DNA of 64,000 nucleotides from an uncultured Chloroflexia bacterium (GTDB lineage Bacteria; Chloroflexota; Dehalococcoidia; DSTF01; JACRBR01): NCBI GenBank assembly GCA_963843685.1, contig CAWJLO010000010.1, positions 390,933 to 454,932 of the forward strand, read 5' to 3'. Shown piece by piece: positions 59,099 to 64,000 of this stretch (position 1 is its first letter; each line of letters starts with the position of its first letter). The notes under the pieces were generated by a model. It saw only the letters and a program-made list of their open reading frames with translations, ran no database searches and was not told where the DNA came from. The position numbers and the translations under genes were made by a program.

Positions 59099-60210
59099 GC
59101 CTCCCCCTTGATCGGCGCAAGCGCGAACCCGTCCGGCGGTATCTTCGCATACCACGGGTCGTCCTTCGCGATGGGGAACTCCACACGGCGGCCCGTCATC
59201 GACGACTTATAGAGGCCGGTGATCACTTCCATCGATCGTCGGCACTCGTCAACCGTCACGAGTGGCGGTCGCCCGTCGATGATGGCTCGCAGAAAGTCGT
59301 TGATCATGCCGACGTGCAGGTGCTTCGTCTCTCCCGGGAAGCGCGCCATCGCATCGGCCGCGGCGCTTTCGGCGTGCGCAGGATCGAGCGACGTGAAGTG
59401 AAACGGCGTCGATGTTGGCCCGTACGGCTCGCCGGCCGAGACGGCCTGCAGGCGGTCGCCGAAGATCTCGACCCGGCTGCGGTTGTCCTGCGCGTTGACC
59501 GTGACGATGATCTGACCCAACGCGCCGTTGCGGAAGCGAACGGTCGCCGCAGACGTGTCCTCGACGTCGATGTCCAGCTTCACCGTCGCGGCGTCGGCAA
59601 TCACGGATGCGGGGTCGCCGAGCATCCACATGAGCGTGTCGATGCTGTGGATGCCGTGACCCATCGTCGTGCCGCCGGACTCCTTCTCCCACGTGCCGCG
59701 CCACCAGAGGTCGTAGTAGGACTGCGGGCGCTGCCACAGCGTCTCCGAGAGCCCAAGTCGCAAGGGTCCGAACTCGCCGGCATCGATCAGCGCCTTCACC
59801 TGCTGCGCGCCCTGCCCGACTCGGTGCTGGAACACGCCCGAGAACACGGTGCCGCTCGCTTTCTCGGCCGCCGCGATCTCGTCGAGTCCCGCCAGGGTGG
59901 GCGACACCGGCTTCTCGCAGATCACGTGCTTGCCGGCGGCGAGCGCGGCGAGGCTCTGCTCGACGTGGAGGAACGGGGGTGTGCAGATGCTCACCGCCCG
60001 GACCTCGGGATCCGCAAGAAGTTGGTCGACCCCCGAGTAGGCGCGGTCGATCTCGTAGGTCGACGCCTGCTTCTGCGCACGTTCCTCGTCGACGTCGGCG
60101 ATCGCGACGACCTTGGCCAGGTCGCGGTTCGCGCGGCTGCGGTACGCCAGGAGGTGGCTGTGCGAGATGTCACCCGCACCGATGACGCCCACGCCGATCG
60201 GTTCAGCCAT
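59095..60210 (-). CDS. Gfo/Idh/MocA family NAD(P)-dependent oxidoreductase
   Basis: MAEPIGVGVIGAGDISHSHLLAY...ICEKP is an N-terminal Rossmann fold with the EKP motif. 371 aa. Confidence 0.85.
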   Translation of the reverse strand: MAEPIGVGVIGAGDISHSHLLAYRSRANRDLAKVVAIADVDEERAQKQASTYEIDRAYSGVDQLLADPEVRAVSICTPPFLHVEQSLAALAAGKHVICEKPVSPTLAGLDEIAAAEKASGTVFSGVFQHRVGQGAQQVKALIDAGEFGPLRLGLSETLWQRPQSYYDLWWRGTWEKESGGTTMGHGIHSIDTLMWMLGDPASVIADAATVKLDIDVEDTSAATVRFRNGALGQIIVTVNAQDNRSRVEIFGDRLQAVSAGEPYGPTSTPFHFTSLDPAHAESAAADAMARFPGETKHLHVGMINDFLRAIIDGRPPLVTVDECRRSMEVITGLYKSSMTGRRVEFPIAKDDPWYAKIPPDGFALAPIKGEA

Positions 60211-60213
60211 CGA

Positions 60214-61152
60214 CTATGCCCGCGCCGCCGCCGGTCGCGTGGCGGCGAGCGCCCGCTCCACGGCCCGGCACTCATCGGCGTCGAGGTCCAGCAGCGGCGG
60301 TCGCATGTGCGCGTTCGGGACGATGCCCATCTGGCGCAGTGCCTCCTTCAGCCGCGCGCGATAGTTACGGACAGGGGGCGCGAACAGCGCGGCCGCGAGC
60401 GGCCGCACGACAGCGTCGTTGATGCGCGTAGCCTGCTCCGTCTCGCCGCTCGCGAGTCTGCGGATCATCTCGATCTGCTCGGCGATGGCGATCGTGCCGA
60501 AGCCGATGAGCGCGCCGGTCGCGCCGAGGACGAACGATTCGAAGATGAAGTTGTCGTTCCCCGTGAGGAGTTGGATGCGGCGCGGCGCTTCGTCGAGGAC
60601 ACGTCGCGTCTCCACGAAGCGCAGCGCGTCGAACGAGGCCTCCTTGATCGCGACAACGGTGGGGATCTCGATCAGCCGTAGCAACGTTTCGCGCGAGAAG
60701 AGCACGCCCGCGAGCGCCGGTTGCAGCTGGAACAGCACCATCGGCAGCGGAACGGCGTCAGCGATCGCGCGATGGTACTCGTACGGCACCTCGGGCGGCA
60801 GTCCCTCGCCGGCGAACGCGGGGATCGGGAAGATCACCAAACCATCGGCGCCGGCGTCTCGCGCATCCCGCGCCAGGTCGACAGCCTCTGCTGTGTAGCG
60901 TGCGCTGACACCGGCGAGTATCGGCAGCCGTCCTCCGGTCTCGTCGGAGTAGATACGCAGGACGGCGCGGCGCTCATCGCGGGAGAGGTGCGGGCCTTCT
61001 CCGGTGTCCATATTGACGGCGAGGCCGGCCAGCCCTTCGAACGACAGTAACCACCGGATGTACGCGCGTAGCGCCGGCTCATCGATGCCGGTGGTCGGAC
61101 GTCAGCGGCAGCAGCGTGGCCGGGATCAGGCCGTTGAGGTCGAGATCGCTCA
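60214..61152 (-). CDS. Dihydrodipicolinate synthase/N-acetylneuraminate lyase (DapA) family protein, apparent +1 frameshift near 61085-61090
   Basis: The N-terminus MSDLDLNGLIPATLLPLTSDHR(IDEPALRAYIRWLLSFEGLAGLAVN) must shift frame to join MDTGEGPHLSRDERRAVLRI...AIKEAS... (track ORF 60214..61011). A Lys in IKEAS is the likely Schiff-base residue. Confidence 0.75.
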
Positions 61153-61192
61153 TCGTTGCCATTATACGCGGGCATCATACGCGGGCGTCCGT

Positions 61193-62596
61193 TCAGGCGG
61201 GACGGCGGCTCCAGCCCTCGCTGCGTTCGGCTTCCTTGAACGAGGCGGCGTACATCTTGTCGCGCGGCACGCAGCCGGTCGCGTACTGCCCCATGTCGTT
61301 GTGCTTCGCGCGCATGAGCGCGGTGCAGTAGCTGACGCCGATGCACGCGCGGTCGCGCTCCATCCGGCCGTGCTCCAGCGCGTCGGCGGCGAAGTCTGGG
61401 TACGCCAACGCGCCCCGCCCCAGGCCGACCATCGTGGTGTCACCGGCGGCGATGCTTGCCTCCGCGACGTTCAGGGCGTAATGCCGGAGCCACGAATATC
61501 CAGTGCCGATGACGGGGAGTCCGGGGTTCGCACGTTGCACGGCGGCCGTCAGCCGCAGATGCCGCTCGACGCCGGCAAGCGGATGCTCGGGGGAGAGATA
61601 GCCGTCGACGGGCGGCCTGTCGAACGGGCGGCCGATGTGTGGGTTGAAGTACGGGCTGCCCGCGGTCACGTTCACCAGCGCCAGACCGAGTTCGCGCAGA
61701 TCCGCGATGAGCCGCAGCGGCTCGCTCACGTCGGCGCGGGAGGGATCGTCCGGATCCACGCCCCAGGCATCGAGGTACGGCCGGTCGACGGCCGCCGGCG
61801 CTCCCTCGCCGCCCGCCTCTGCGCCGAACGGCAAGCCGTCATACAGGTTGATCCGCGTCGCGAGGAGCAGCCCTGTACCCACACGGGCGCGGATCTTCGC
61901 GAAGACGTTGCGGACGAGGCGCGTGCGGTTCTCGAAACTGCCGCCGTACGCGCCGCTCCGGCTACGCGCCGCGAGCAGCTCGTTCAGGAGATAGGTGTGG
62001 CACTGCTTGATGTCGACAAAGTCGAATCCGATGTCGCGTGCGATCACGGCGGCATCGACGAAGCGATCCTCGAGCCGCTCCAGATCGTCGTCAGCGATGA
62101 GGTGCTCGGAGGTGCGCACCGCATCGATGGCCGGTGCGCGTCGCGCGATGATCGGCGAGCCGTGCGACCAGCGGCCGGAGTGCGTGAGCTGCAGTCCCAC
62201 GATGAATCCGTCCACGGAGCCGAAGCGCTTCCGCCGCGCCGCGCGCGTCTCGTCGAGCAGCCGCTTGAGCTCGGGCGCGGTCGCCGCCGAGATGAGCAGT
62301 TGGCGCCGATTGGCGCGGGCCTCGGGGACGACGGCCGTCGCCTCGCCCCAGAGGAGGGCCGCGCCGCCCTCGGCGAAGCGGCGCCAGCGCCGGAACGTCA
62401 GCTCGCCGGGCGTGCCGTCGAGGTTACCGTCGCAGCCCTCCATCGGGTGCACGGCCATGCGGTTCGACGCCATCAAGTCGCCGATCGGCACCGGCTCGGC
62501 GATGCGGGCGAACGCATCGGCCGCTGCGATCGCGTAGCCCCGCTCGGCGACGTCGGCGCGCAGCTCATCCAGCGAGCGATAGCGAAAGTGCGCCAT
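61193..62596 (-). CDS. NADH:flavin oxidoreductase (Old Yellow Enzyme-like TIM-barrel) family protein
   Basis: PIGDLMASNRMAVHPMEG... resembles an OYE N-terminus, with HSGR..., and other OYE-type residues. 467 aa. Confidence 0.7.
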   Translation of the reverse strand: MAHFRYRSLDELRADVAERGYAIAAADAFARIAEPVPIGDLMASNRMAVHPMEGCDGNLDGTPGELTFRRWRRFAEGGAALLWGEATAVVPEARANRRQLLISAATAPELKRLLDETRAARRKRFGSVDGFIVGLQLTHSGRWSHGSPIIARRAPAIDAVRTSEHLIADDDLERLEDRFVDAAVIARDIGFDFVDIKQCHTYLLNELLAARSRSGAYGGSFENRTRLVRNVFAKIRARVGTGLLLATRINLYDGLPFGAEAGGEGAPAAVDRPYLDAWGVDPDDPSRADVSEPLRLIADLRELGLALVNVTAGSPYFNPHIGRPFDRPPVDGYLSPEHPLAGVERHLRLTAAVQRANPGLPVIGTGYSWLRHYALNVAEASIAAGDTTMVGLGRGALAYPDFAADALEHGRMERDRACIGVSYCTALMRAKHNDMGQYATGCVPRDKMYAASFKEAERSEGWSRRPA

Positions 62597-62634
62597 AACG
62601 CCAGCGTAACACGGTGCTGGCCCACGGTCGGAGC

Positions 62635-64000
62635 CTACGGCGTGGCTACGGGCGTGCCTGTGATCTGCTCCAACTGGTCGAGGATCTGCTTCAGGTTCGC
62701 AATCTCCGCGCCGTACCCCGCGAAGTCGCCGTCGCGCAGCAGGGTCTGGGCGCGATCGTACGACTGCTGCGCCTGCGCGACGAGCGATGCGACATCACCG
62801 CCCGCGATCGGCGTCAGCGGCGGTGTGGCTGTCGGCGCCGGAGACGCGGCGGCGCTCGGCGTGGTCCCGGCGACGGGCGTCCCCGTAGGCGTGGTGATCG
62901 TCGCGCCGGTGCTGTCCAATCCGGAGGGCTGCGCCCGGCCGAACGCCACGTCGATGGCGCGTGACAGGGTCGGCTCCATCGCGATCGTGTCGCCGTTCAC
63001 GACGACGACGCGCTTAAGCTGCGGGATCGTGTTGCCGCCGCCACTGGCGGCGAGGTAGAGCGGCTCGAAGAACATATTGGCGTTTCCGATCGGGATCATC
63101 AGCAGGTTGCCCCTGATCACCTGCGACCCCGATTGGTTCCACAGCGTGAGCTGCTGCGACACACGGCCGTCAGAGTCGATACGGCGCTCCACCTGCGTTG
63201 GTCCGGGGACGCTCTCCGTCGATGGGAAGCGGAAGGCGACGAGCTCGCCATAGTTCGCGCCGTCCGACCGGGCCGCCAGCCAGGCGATCGCGTTCGTCCG
63301 GTTCAGCGGCACAAACGGCAGGATGAGCATGAACTCTTCCTTCTGCTCGCCGGGGAGGCGCGCCACGACGTAGTACGGCCGCACCTGCTGGTCGGAAGAG
63401 CCGAAGGTCTCGGTCGGGATGTCCCACTGGTCCTCCTGCTGGTAGAACTGGCGGGCGTCCGTGATGTGGTAGCGGAGGTACGCCTGTGTCTGCAGGCGGA
63501 ACATGTCCTCCGGGTAGCGGATGTGCGCACGAAGACCGTCCGGCATCTGGTCGATGGGCGTGAAGAGATTCGGGAAGACGGCGGAGTACGCCTTGAGGAT
63601 CGGCTCATCCGGTTCGGCCGCGTAGAACGTGGTCTCGCCCGAGTAGGCGTTTACGACGACCTTGACGCTGTTCCTGATGTAGTTCACACCGCCGGTCCGG
63701 TGCGAGTACGGGATGCGGTCGGTCGTCGTGTAGGCATCCTGCATCCAGTACACGTTGCCCTGGTCGACAACCATGTACGGATCGGCGTCGAGTTGCAGGA
63801 ACGGCGCGATGTCGTGGATCCGCTGCTGGATGTTCCTGTCGTAGATGATGCGGCTGTTGTCCGTGATCGCGCCGGACAGGAGGATGTTCCTGTCCTTGAA
63901 CTTCCACGCGTACAGAACGCGGCGGAAGAAGCTGCCAACTCCGACCCCGCCCGACCCCTCGAACTTCGTCTGGACGTTCGTGCCACCACTGGCAGGCGTA
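62635..64000 (-). CDS. UPF0182 family membrane protein, 5'-partial (N-terminus lies beyond window end)
   Basis: The track ORF 62635..63774 starts at an internal Met. The same frame stays open upstream to 64000 (...FKDRNILLSGAITDNSRIIYDRNIQQRIHDIAPFLQLDADPYMVVDQGNVYWMQDAY...). The C-terminus is a PT-rich tail. Confidence 0.7.
   Translation of the reverse strand, partial: TPASGGTNVQTKFEGSGGVGVGSFFRRVLYAWKFKDRNILLSGAITDNSRIIYDRNIQQRIHDIAPFLQLDADPYMVVDQGNVYWMQDAYTTTDRIPYSHRTGGVNYIRNSVKVVVNAYSGETTFYAAEPDEPILKAYSAVFPNLFTPIDQMPDGLRAHIRYPEDMFRLQTQAYLRYHITDARQFYQQEDQWDIPTETFGSSDQQVRPYYVVARLPGEQKEEFMLILPFVPLNRTNAIAWLAARSDGANYGELVAFRFPSTESVPGPTQVERRIDSDGRVSQQLTLWNQSGSQVIRGNLLMIPIGNANMFFEPLYLAASGGGNTIPQLKRVVVVNGDTIAMEPTLSRAIDVAFGRAQPSGLDSTGATITTPTGTPVAGTTPSAAASPAPTATPPLTPIAGGDVASLVAQAQQSYDRAQTLLRDGDFAGYGAEIANLKQILDQLEQITGTPVATP

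Noticed and set aside
1-64000. CRISPR arrays, IS elements, integrases, toxin-antitoxin or defence-island genes
   Set aside because: No short regularly spaced direct repeats were seen. No transposase-, integrase- or nuclease-like ORFs and no terminal inverted repeats are evident. The only sizeable DNA repeat is the in-gene PA14 tandem duplication.

Overview
High-GC (~70%) bacterial chromosomal segment. F420-type LLM oxidoreductase, APH-kinase/acyl-CoA dehydrogenase pairs and PT-rich linkers suggest an Actinobacteria- or Chloroflexi-like lineage; this is inference only. The window is densely coding, with many 4-nt ATGA/GTGA start-stop overlaps.

Content, in order:
- A housekeeping block: yvcK-like (5' partial), a tandem winged-HTH regulator, folD, acpS, nnr, a cysteine desulfurase, pth and mfd.
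- A TetR-led four-gene operon that includes two small membrane proteins.
- An agmatinase-family ureohydrolase.
- Two paralogous modules, each an APH-like phosphotransferase plus a small conserved protein; one also carries an acyl-CoA dehydrogenase.
- A GH-A clan glycoside hydrolase.
- A roughly 11-kb type IV pilus operon: pilA, pilB, pilC, a minor pilin, a roughly 1,019-aa pilin-like protein with a prepilin leader, two PA14 domains and Pro/Thr-rich linkers, pilO-like, pilM, pilN, a PilD N-terminal-domain-only protein and pilT. A DUF2723 GT-C glycosyltransferase follows it.
- A receiver-only response regulator with a MacB-type ABC ATPase and a 1,092-aa double-FtsX permease.
- A roughly 13-kb lipid/steroid-like side-chain catabolic cluster: F420 LLM, nitronate monooxygenase (NMO), CYP, FadE, EchA, FadD, two Ltp-like thiolases, two DUF35 proteins, an amidohydrolase, a KshA-like Rieske oxygenase and a TetR regulator.
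- An orphan Tat-lipoprotein solute-binding protein (SBP), a Baeyer-Villiger monooxygenase (BVMO), a YjbR-family protein, a cupin, a PmoA-family/Gfo-Idh-MocA pair, a DapA-family lyase, an OYE-like flavoenzyme and a UPF0182 protein (5' partial at the window end).

Most notable:
- The pilus-associated giant PA14 pilin-like adhesin next to a Pmt-like glycosyltransferase.
- A strongly AT-rich promoter/palindrome island that may encode a small RNA.
- At least seven genes (mfd, a hypothetical, DUF2723, the PA14 pilin, the ABC ATPase, NMO, DapA-like) interrupted by apparent single-base insertion frameshifts. These are either consensus errors of the assembly or genuine pseudogenisation.
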